Source: Octopus vulgaris (Eukaryota). Taken from it: a stretch of DNA of 64,000 nt. The position numbers were made by a program, and so were the translations under genes. The notes beneath the pieces are model-generated. The model had not been told where the DNA came from. It searched no databases and saw nothing but the letters and a program-made list of their open reading frames with translations. Every line of letters begins with the position of its first letter. Position 1 is the stretch's first letter. The stretch lies in the NCBI GenBank assembly GCA_951406725.2, contig OX597819.1, positions 59,830,001 to 59,894,000 on the forward strand, given 5' to 3'. This document shows positions 13,101 through 25,100 of this stretch, piece by piece.

Positions 13101-16100
13101 TCAATTCCAACATTCATGACCATAGGTGAGGATAGACAGAGAAGCCAAATTGAAAATAGGAAGTTTATTTTGCTTTTTTGTTTTTTTACCTCTACTGAGG
13201 ACCAAATGCTTGAGTTGGCACATTACTGTGTCAGCACCTGCAATTCTGGCATCCAATTCAGCCACCAACCTTCCATTAATCATGAATATGGCCCCCAAGG
13301 TACTTAAACTTCACCACTTGTTTCAGTGATGTTCCACTAACTTGCAGCATACAGAATGCATTAGGAAGACTTTCTTGAGAAAACCTATGTTGTCTTAGTC
13401 TGCACAACATAGATTCTCATTTCCTCCTTGCAGCACTCAAGACCTTCCTATGAATAATAATCTAGCTGTGGCTGTACTGTCATTTAAGAGACTTGAAGGA
13501 CTACATTATCTAATATGTCCATTCATCATTTAAGATAGTAGAGTGTGATTTGAAGATCTAGCTGCAATTTCTAGCAGGGCAAGCGACCACATAGTGGCTG
13601 GCTCCTTTACTGGAGTTGTTGCCACCATTGCTGCTTAGTGTCAAATTTATTAATTTCTCTGCAGTATAACATCTCTGTGTATCTTGATCTCTTTCACAAA
13701 CATTCTTAACCCTACTTCTCTACTTCTCTGAAGATAATCTCTACAGTTACCTTCAACCCACCACCAATAACTTCTGTTGCATCCATCATCCACTTGTACT
13801 ATATATCCATACCTAGGTATGTATTTTGAGGGTCAACATTTCTAGCATTTAGGTGCAGGTATAGCGGTGTGGTTAGGAAGTTCATTCTGCAGCCATGTGC
13901 TTCCAGGTTCAGTTTCACTGCATGGCACCTTGAACAATTGTCTTCTACTATAGCCCAGGGCTGGCCATTGGCTTTTAAGTGAATCTTGTAGATGGAAACT
14001 GGAAGCCCAATGTGTGTGTTTGTGCTTTTTTTAGCCCCCCCCCCCCAACCACTTGACAACTTACTGGTTTGGCAAAAAAGACTGAAATATCAAACTTAAA
14101 AAAAGTAAGTGCTGATGTCAATCCATTTGACTAAAACCCTTTGTCCAATGACTGAAACAGGTTAAAGATAAAAGATTACCCAGTTTAACACCATCAATTA
14201 ACCCTTTGATGTCTTTGATAGAGTCTCAGTTGCAAGCATTTGGATCAAGCCCCTTGTTTGAGGATAGGATATTCATTTAGTCAATCTTGGATGTTGTTTC
14301 TTTTTGATAGTTTCGCCATCAAAAATTTGTGTTTTAAAATACTATTTACAAAAAATTGAAAATAAAAGCGTATGTGATGAGGATTTAATAATTGTTACTG
14401 AATCAAACTGTTTGTGTCTGTGTTTTTTAGTTTCCTGGAAACTGGTAAGTGCTCTTACAGTGAAAACTGTACTCAAGCTCATTCCGAAGATGAATTACAA
14501 GAGTGGAAGGACAGGTTTGAATTTAAGAAACAGTCACTTCAAAAGGCTCGGGACAAGCAACTTCATGGAATTTCTTACATGGAAAAATTGGCTGAAAAGT
14601 TGTTACTTTCAGAAAATCCTGAATCTTTGGTAATAATTTGTTTTAATTTGTCATTTGAAGTATTTGGTTATGTTGTGGTGCAGAGGTGGCAGCAATCATA
14701 GTAGTTCATTGTATCATTTATAATGTATGGCCCCTTATAGGAAAATCGTTAATAAATGCCAAGTTTATAAAGGAGCCATTCATATCCAAATGTTAGTCTA
14801 TTGCAGTAATTAATTATAAAGGTTTAACTATCTCCTGTCATGCATTATATTTGGCCTTTTATTTTCAATCTACACTTTAGCATTTAAACCAGCCATATCC
14901 AGCCAAAATATTCCATTTGTTTTATGTTCAAACTGACCAGATCCAAGCTTACACACCTACCCTACAATTAAACAATCACACCATCGAAATCTCAAAGATA
15001 CGAGATAGTGCATGATTCAAAACAATGTAAATCAATAAGCATTATGTTTGATAGAATAATCTGAACACTAAAGGGTTAATCGAAATCAAACTGTGTCTGT
15101 TAAATATGAGGGCTTTGATTATTGATCTAGTAAAAGGTGATTGACTTTTATTCTTCATCCTATGTTAAAGTATTGCATCAGTTATGCTCTACTGACACCC
15201 CTTTCAATGTTTAATCAAAATCTAAATGGGGTCCACAAAACCTTAAGTGTGGAGGTTTTGAGTATTGCACTGTATTTGACTTCATTCTTTATCTTATGTT
15301 AAAATATTGCAGCAGTTATATGCTCTAGTGGCACCTTTCTCTTCAACTTGTTTTCTTTAGTTTAATTATATAAAAAATAACAATTTCCTTACAAACTGGA
15401 ATCATTTATTTTAGCTTTAGCAGTTTTGATTAAGTAAAAAAAAAAAACCCCTATAATCTTATTTTACTACCCTCAAATTTTTACATTAAAGGGCTCTGAA
15501 AATTAATATAATGCCTTTCACCTTGCAAAATTCTTGATTCCATCTTTCTGTGAACTTGTGAAATTGATTACATTCAGATTTAAATGCAATCAAACCTGAC
15601 AATTAAGTCTACCTTTTTTCGATTAGAGCCTAACATATTACCAGTTTGATTATTATTGAGGTAGAATAACAAATGTTTGTTAGCAAATCAAATGCATTTT
15701 ACTTGTTGCTCATTATAACAAATTTAAACTTTTTGTTTTTGTAATATTTAGTCTCTTTCTCATAATTAAAAAAAAAATTTTTTTTTTAATCATTTCAGCT
15801 TGTTTCCAATTTGGATTATGTGAAGTTACACATAAATTCTGACTTGAAAGTAAATATGTCCAATAAGAAGTGTACTAATTCTTGGACTTTCACTGTTACT
15901 AGTAAGGTAAGAAATATTTTTTTATATATTCTTTTTACCTGTATATACTGTGTATTTTCAGATTGTTAAATCAGAGCTAATGATATTAAAATTGTTAAAT
16001 GATTGATTAATGTCAGTCTTGCAAGCAGATAAAAAAAACAAAAAACAAAAACAAAAATGATCTTTTAAAATATATTTGGTAGTGAAACTACTGTCATATA

Positions 16101-19100
16101 TGCTATATTTGAAGTACTTATTTTCTTTCTCTGCTGTATGTAATTTTTATGAAAACCTAATGGGCCCTTTTCCTTGGTGTCAACATAGTATCAACAGTAT
16201 AGCTTCATTTTCCTCTGCCTGCTTTAGTTTGCTTCTTCTATTTTAGCTGTAAGCTAGTAATACTCTTGTACTTGTTTCAGTCATTTGACTGCAGTCAAGC
16301 AAATCGACCCCAAGACTTATTCTTTGTAAGCCTGGTACTTATTCTATCAGTCTCTTTTGCTGAACCACTAAGTTACAGGGATGTAAACACACCAGCATTG
16401 GTTGTCAAGCGATGTTGGGGGGACAAACACAGACACACAAAGACACATATATATCCATATACATATACATGACGGGCTTCTTTCAGTTTCCGTCTACCAA
16501 ATCCACTCACAAGGCTTTGGTCGGCCCGAGGCTATAGTAGAAGACACTTGCCCAAGGTGCCACGCAGTGGGACTGAACCCAGAACCATGTGGTTGGTAAG
16601 CAAGCTACTTACCACACAGCCACTCCTGCACCTATGAAATAGTTCATATTTAATTCAGTTCTTGGGTGTGAGTTTAATATATGAGGTACATTCAAAAAGT
16701 ATCCAACTATTTTTCCCACCAGAACTAAGGCCACATGGACAAAATTCTTTGGGTGACGTCCCCCTTCTTGCGCATGAGTGAAAATTTTTGCACTGACAGG
16801 CTGCATCTGTTCCCAGCTGTTACACCAAGAATGCAGACGTATAGTGCACGCGCGTTGGATTTTCTTTTTCATACAGGATGAGTAAACACTGAGGAGAGGC
16901 CATAAACCCATGTTTCATCATCAGTGATGATTGTCTTCATGAAGTCTGGGTTATGGTTTGCACAGTCCAGCTTGTTCTGAGTGATTTCCATGTGGAATTG
17001 CTTCTGCTGCTCCACCAGCACCTTGGGGATGAATTTCACCAACACTCTCCACATGCACAAATCCTCTGCTACAATGGAATGATCTAGCCCTGTGCTTATT
17101 CCCACTTTATGAACAATTTCCTGGATTGTTACATGATAATCTTCCATGACTATTCAATGAATTTTCTCAATTGGCTCCCACTTTTGGCTTGTAGATGGCC
17201 TGCCTGAGCATGCCTCACTCTTCACTGAAGTGTGGCCATGTTTGAAGTGGTTGTACCACTTCTTGATCTGAGTTTTGCTCATAGCATCATCACCAATTGC
17301 CTGCTGAGTCTTCTGGCTGGTTTAAGTTTGAGTATCACCAAGGTTTGGGGAAAATTTGATGCAGTATCTCCACTTAATGCGTTTTGGGAAAATGAAAGCC
17401 CTACGAGTTAGCACTATGCGTCCATACTTTAGGTGTAATAGGTTGGAACTGACATGGCCTACTGGTGTGAAAAATTTCATTCATGCACAAGAAAGGTGGT
17501 GTCACCTCCTACCTGAAAGGATTTTGTCCTCTTGGCATTAGTTTTGGTGGGGGAAAAATAAAGTCAGATTTTTTTTTTAACACACCTTGCATATTCATGC
17601 AAAAAGAGTTATGTCATTAATAAATAACACTGGAACCCTTCTACAGCCAAGGATTAATTTTGTCTTCACTGCCAACTCAGATGAAGCATACAAGCTAAAG
17701 AGCAAAATGCTTGCAATCCTGCGATACCTATGGGTGATACAAAAGGGTTTTTAACATTGTGATGGGTTTAGAAGAAGAGCCTGCAATACCTCTGAGTAGC
17801 TACTGCAGTTTCTGCAGGGTCAAAGCATCTCTGATGTTTATTTCACCTGTAATTGTATAATGTATATAATGATATAATTTAACTTAATCTTTGACTTGAT
17901 TCTTTATAGAAATAAGTTATTTTAGGAGAATAAATAGGGTTTGAATAGTTTCAAGATTTTGCATTCACAGAATATAAGATTTATAAACTCTATGTGAGAT
18001 GAAAGATCCAGGGTTTGGAAAATTCGGTGAGAGAATTTTAAGTGACCCTAAAAAAGAGCCTTATGTGGATAAAGTAATGAAGGATATGAAGAAAGGGCTA
18101 GGCAAAGTTCAGAGAGCTTCTACTTTTGTTGGTAACAAAGGGCCTCTCCCTCAGAGTAAAAGGCAGATTGTATGATGCCTGTGAATGAACAGCTGTGCTA
18201 CATGGCAGTGAAACATGAGCTGTGATTACAGAGGATATGCAAAGGATGAAAGAAGTGAAACCAGAATGTTCTGCTGGATGGGCAATGTCAGTGTGCATGT
18301 ATGAGAGAGTGTAAATGATTTAAGAGAAGAACTGGGTGTAAGAGGCATCAAATGCTGTATGCAAGAGAGAAGACTGTGCTGGTATTGTCACGTGATGTGT
18401 ATGAATGAAGACAGCTGCATAAGGAAGTGTCAATCTCAAAATGTGGAGGGAACCTGTGAAAGGGGTAGGCCCAGCAAATTGGATGAAGTGGTGAGAAATG
18501 CTCTTCAGAAGTTGAGCTTCACAAAGGAGATTACAAGGGGTCGATACTTCTGATAATTTACTGTGCTTGGGAAGACATGTCAAGCTAAGTAAAATCTTGG
18601 TCATTCATACATATAAGTATGTCTTTTACGACCATACCCCCGACTCAGCTTCTTCCTTTCCTACTGGATAGCCACTTGTCACTTGTTATATCTTTGTTAT
18701 TTTTGTAATGTTTTCATTTATTTCTCTGTCTTATTTCAGGTATGTCTTCACAGAGTAATCTTGTTGGATGACAATAGTCGGCTATTTTTCCGCATTTCCA
18801 GCATTTCTATTGGTCCACGTAAAGCCCAAAAACATCAAAACATTGAAAATCTTTGCCAAGAATGGGTTAATTATGAAGCATATCAAACAAAGAACATACC
18901 AAGTCCAAGTACTGTAGAGAATGTCTATAGGATCAAGGTATTTAACCCTTTACTTTCATTATCTAAAAGTGCTTGACCTCATCATAATTTTCCTAATTTA
19001 TTGAATTCATTTACTTGAGAAGCTAATTAATCTAAAAAAATTTAAAATTTCACTAAAATAATTTCAAATTATTTTGCTAAAATAGTTTTGCATTATGAAA

Positions 19101-22100
19101 TAAAAAAAAAATTAATCCATATATTGATCTTTGCTGCCCATTATTGCTGGGATGGTCATGGGGGTAGTGTCCTCAAGCACCTATATAGGGTCCTACCAGA
19201 AGCAACTGCTATTACACTTTCTGGCTGGATTCTCAGGCATAAATGAATGAGCTTATGGATATTATTCAACCCTTAGGTCTCCTGCCAATTGGTTCAGTCT
19301 TGAAATTCCTAAATAATTTTACAATATAATTTTTCTTTCACTTATTGTCCAAAGTAATGTAGCTGCATCCTCATGTGGCTTATTTTATGTTTCTCTTTAC
19401 TGAGGCACAGTTTTTCTGTCAACTTGGCTGTTTTGACATTGGAGAAATTCTCTGCTAGATTTCAACCATTCTTACATAAGAACCGACTGGAATAGATTGT
19501 TCATATCTGTTTAGACTAGATTAAATTAATGGTGGGTAGTAATCTAAACAGAAGCAATTTATATGAGAAGAGAGGATTAATTATATGTAGAATGGACTGG
19601 GTGGTTATTCAGATTTTTTTTATTATTATTATGCTTGCAGAGAATGGGTTTTATCCATATCTGCTCAAATTGGAATGACAGTGAGATTGATTTGTTTATA
19701 TAAGACATAAATTTGCAAGCTTAGTAAGTAAGCCTTGAAATGGACAGCTATTTGTAATACTTGTTGTCAAAGAGAAAGAGGCACAGTATGAATGGTGAGG
19801 AGGAGAGAGGTATATGTTATGGATCATATTAGTTGGAACTGGACACAGATTGCAAATTTCTTAAGAGCAATGGTGTTTTCAATTGGTGAAATTTAAATAG
19901 TGTTTTAAATATCCACCACAAGGTATTATCTAGTGAAGCTAGCTGATGCTTTAATGTTTATTGAACCTTAGTATACTGTTCAGTCGGAACAGATTTCTTT
20001 TGAGGCTGAAAACTAATTCAGTATTAGTTTGTTGGGGTTTTTTTTAACTTCAAAATTGTGGCTTTTATTTCAATGTGATTTTTTTTGTCTGTTGTTATAG
20101 GTGGTCTTCAAGACAAATATCTATGGTACATTTCGTCAGATTATTGTTTTTGATTTTGGAACTGACCCTCTACTTTCGAAAGAAATGCATGTTGAATCTG
20201 CTCCTATCCCTGAAGGAGATAAACTTTCAAAAGACTTAATGTCATTTGATGCAAACAGATGGAATGAATTCAATATAGATTTGGTGAAGTTTGAACCACA
20301 GTATGTTTTAATTTACTCACTTTCCTAGAGTTTACTTGAAATATAAACTAGCTATTTGATATTTTTTGTCTCAAAGCTGTTATGTCTAGGAAAAAAATAT
20401 TTCCTTGAAAATGAAGAATATTTTTCTCTAATTAATATTTTAATTTTGTCTTGCTTAGTATTATAATAAATAAAAATAATGAAGTCAGTCTATAATTAAG
20501 CAAGTTTAAGACATTTGGCTTTCTTTCCCTGTTAGCTTTACCCATTTCTTTTAACTTTTATCTGAATAGATGCTTTGTGAAATATCAAACTTAATTACCA
20601 ATATTAAAATGTTGCAAACTTGTATATCTGAGTTTCAAATCACATTTTTTTAACTGACAGTTGTAAATGAATAATTCTGTATGAAAAAACTGAGAAAATG
20701 TAATTTTAAACCTTGATCTTAAATTTAAAATTATTTGTTAATTATTTTTCTAGTCCTCTTCCTTTATCTGAAAAAGAAGAATTTCTGCTGGAGGAATATC
20801 CTCTACCAGATCCCAATAAACTACAAATGCGAGAAGTGATATCGCAAGCTTTCTGTCGAGAAAATTACAGGCAATGGATGCATGACCTCTTGTATTTTGA
20901 AGAACTTACACAATTTGGTTTAATTTCTCGGTAAGTTGTTTTTTTCCCTTTTATATTGCAATGTTATATAAGGCAGTAGAGTGTTGGATTAACAGTCTCT
21001 CAGCTCTGTCTCTTTCTATTCTCATTTCAAGTTCAACTAGGATTGACTTTATCCCTCATCCTGTTGAACAAGACATTGAGTCAATAAACATTTTTTTTAC
21101 AAATTTTTTTATTTTTAACCATTTTGTCCCAAACAAAGAATGAGGCAACAATGGTGTATGGGACTACAAAGACGGAAAAGAGGTCACCTATAAGTTGAAA
21201 AGATGTTGATTAACAGAAAACATAAAGCACTGAATATCATAGAAAAGAGGAAAACAAAACAATGGTAATGAGTTTCTGATATCAGCAGTTCAAGGAAAGA
21301 AGCTATTAGAATAAAAGGCATTTTGATAAACCAGAAGCTCAACATAGAAACAATGTACCTAGGATAAAGAAGCAGGTGACACATCTAAAGGTGTTGAAAA
21401 GAGGTACTAGATCAGGGAGTTCATCAGAGTAATGATCATTGAAATCCTTATAGATGTGTTTTGGTGATGATCCAAAAACTTGAACCTAGTAGAAAGAAAA
21501 GAACCCACCGTGTTAACAACTCAATTCTGAATTTGATGAAGCAAGTTAAGTCAGTGGATTTTGATAGCAGATTTATGAGTAGATTCTGCTGGCAATGACT
21601 AACTATCTAATCAAGAATACTTCTAATATGTAAGTTTGGCAAATTCTCTATCCTCAGTGTGAGCATAAATGTCTGCTAATGTTATTTGTAAAAGTTGGTG
21701 AATTGAGGTTGTGAAGCACTTCCTCAAATTCAGGAAACTATCATTCAAGAGAAGATATTATAGTTGTTGATATTAATAGAGGAATATTTGTTTTTTTACA
21801 ACAATACTTCTGGAAAAAATATTGCATCACATAGAAGGATCATGTTTGTATGAAGAATAGCTTCCCATAAGAACAGACATGTTGAAACTGAAAGGTTATA
21901 TAGACTATATTAAAATATCTTTTTCTAGTCATATACTCAAGCTCTTTAACTATATTGCCAGAATAAAACATTGAATTCCACTCTGATTGGAGATAGAAAT
22001 GGAAATCCTATTTGACTTAATGCAGCACACAATATTATTTAATGGAATCATGCCATTATTAGAAATGGGAGATGAAGACAAAGGAACCATGTAATCTTAG

Positions 22101-25100
22101 ACTGATGCACAATGTAACTTTCTACAAGACAGCTCTATTATATAATATTTGAACAAAATCATCTCTTTTTCTTTTTATATGAGGAAAAGTTTATACATGT
22201 TTTAAGATATACATAGAATTGAGAATTGCATAAAATACATGATTTTGATTTCCCCATTCCATATTAAGGTCCATTTTTTAAAATTCCATTTAACATCAGT
22301 GAAAATATAGTGACATTTTTTTAACTAAATGAAGAATTTGTGTTTGTAATTATTTATTGGAGTATTGACAAAAGTGCTGTTGGCACATATGAAAGAGCCT
22401 CACCAGCCCTTCATTTCGGGGGGGGGGGGCGTTGTTTGTGTTTACATCCACACTTAGTTTAAACACTGTAAATATGAATAGGTTTCTGTTCGAATTTATT
22501 ATTGATGAAACTCAATTTCATTTCTGGTGCTTCAATATTCAGAAATTTATCCACAAGCATAGCTGTGTGGTTAAGAAGTTCACTTTGCAACTTCATGATT
22601 TTAGGTTCAGTCTTACTGCATGGTACCTTGGACAAGTATTTTCTATAGCCCTGGACTAACCAATGCTTTATGAGTGAATTTGCTAAATGGAAACTATGTG
22701 GAAGCTTGTATGTGTGTGTTTTGTTTATCCCCAATCACCTCTTGCCAACTGGTTGTGGTTTGGCAAAAGAAACTGATAAAATCAGTGCCAAACTTTTTAA
22801 AGAAATATAAGTATTAGGGTCAATTTGTTCAACTAAACCCTTCAAGGCAGTGCTCCAGCATGGCGAAAGCCCTGTAGCTAAAACAAGTTAGATAAAAGAA
22901 GAAAAATATTTTCACTACCAAACTTCACAGAATAAGAATAACAAGAAATCACTAGATATAACAGAAGAAAATCGGAACTGATTAAAAAAATTCTCTGATG
23001 TAAAAAGCACCCAATTCACTCTGTCAAGTAGCTTGGCATTAGGAATTGTATCCAGCTGTAGAAACCAAGCTATAGCAGACAGTGGAGCTTGATACAGTCT
23101 TCTGGCTTACCAGTTCCTGTCAAGCCATCCAACTCATGCCAACATAAAAGATGAATGTTAAATGATGATGATGAGCAGATCAGAGGAGAAACTGTTAAAC
23201 ACTTGTTGGTTTGGCTCTGTGCTGTCAGAGGGATTGTTAGGTGACCCACTTGAATTGAGCTGACATTACTTTGTGTCATGTGTTTATGAAAATTCGGCGT
23301 AATTTTAATTCCTCTATTCAATTATAATATTGGGTTGTCCAGAAAGTTTGTGCCGATTTATAGTCGCTTACCTTTCGGCTTATTTTAGAACATGGTTGAG
23401 TTCATAAAATAGGATTTGACTACACCTCCATTTAGAGCACAGTTTAAGCTATCTTTTCGTGGAAGAAGGTTTATGTTCCTATAACCTGTGTTAATCCTGT
23501 AACACTTTAAAATGGAAGATAAGAAAGTTCATTTTCGGCACTTGATGCTTTGGGAACCAGACAAAAATTGCTGCTGCTTGGCTGGGATGTGTTACCTCAC
23601 CCTCCATATTCATCAGATATTGCTCCTTCGGATTTCCATTTATTCAGGTCTCTGCAGAATAGTCTTAATGGTAAAAATTTCAATTCCTTAGATGACGTAA
23701 AAAGATACCTTGATGAATTCTTTGCCATGAAACCACCTCAATTCTGGGAAGAAGGTATTTTCAAGTTAAAGGAAAGATAGAGATGCATTGTGCAACAAAA
23801 TGGTTCATACTTGGTTGATTAAAAATGTAATGGCAAGTAATTATTGACCTTTTGCTTTCCTTTAAAAATCGGCACGAACTTTCCGGACAACCCAATAGTA
23901 AAAAGTTCGAAAAAAAAACCCCCAAAAACGTGAAAAATATTAATTTTAGAATTCAGTTTAGTTTTAAATATCTTTTATTACAATTTCAGAATATTTTGTG
24001 TTTTTTATTTTTTAGGTTCAACATTAAAGTTACTTTGCAGATTGTGAATCGATTCATGTTAGTTCCTGGTGGGTACCGTTTAGCAAAATTCAGTTCAGAT
24101 GGTCAGTTATTTGCAAGAATGAAACTTGAAAATGAACTTTCTGAAGATACAATGCATGGTCGATTGATTTTGCAGAGTGCTAATGCTGTGTGGTTTTCAT
24201 CTTGTTATTCATATGAAAACAATTCTCAAAAAAATGATGTTGAAAAGGTATTTAAAAGTTTTTCTTCTTCTTTTCTGAATATTTTAAAAAACTCTTTAGC
24301 ATTTAAACTGGCCATATCCAGCCACAATATTCTACGTGTTTTATGTTCAAACTGACTGAATCCAGCCTTTCCTACCTACCCTTCAATGTCAATCTAAGAA
24401 TAAAACAGCCACATCATTGAAATCTTGAAGCTACAAGATAATGCATGATTAACTCAAAAACGTGAATAAATAGGTGTTGGAGTGGCTGTGTGGTAAGTAG
24501 CTTCCTTACGAACCACGTGGTTCCGGGTTCAGACCCACTGCATGGCACCTTGGGCAAGTGTCTTCTACTATAGCCTCGGGCCGACCAAAGCCTTGTGAGT
24601 GGATTTGGTAGACAGAAACTGAAAGAAGCCTGTCAGCTGAAGATTGCTCTGCATTTTAAATTGATGTAATCATTGCATTGTTCAATTAAATGGATTTGTA
24701 TGAAACGATCATATTGCATTACCTCTGGATATCCTTGTTGCTTATTTTGATTTTAATCACCTTACTTTGAAATTGTAAGGATAATACCGTACTAAATTCT
24801 GGTGCCTCAACTTAAGTACCATATTCACCTGAATCTAAATTTTTGCACACACACATATATGTTTGTGTATCTGTATTTGTCCCCCCTACCATCGCTTGAC
24901 AAGCAATGTTGGTGAGTATACATCCCCATAACTTAGTGGTCCAGCAGAAGAGACTGATAGAATATGTACTAGGCTTACAAAGAATAAGTCCTGGGGTTGA
25001 TTTTTCAACTAATGGTGGTGCTCCAGCATGGCCACAGTCAAATGACTGAAACAAGTAAAAGAATATATCAAGACACCTAGGCTTGTTCCTCTATCATACT

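Noticed and set aside
21180-22080. Purine-rich intron stretch as a nested gene (also 9660-10200, 45840-46170)
   Set aside because: Stops in all frames; looks like very old LINE debris that I cannot classify reliably
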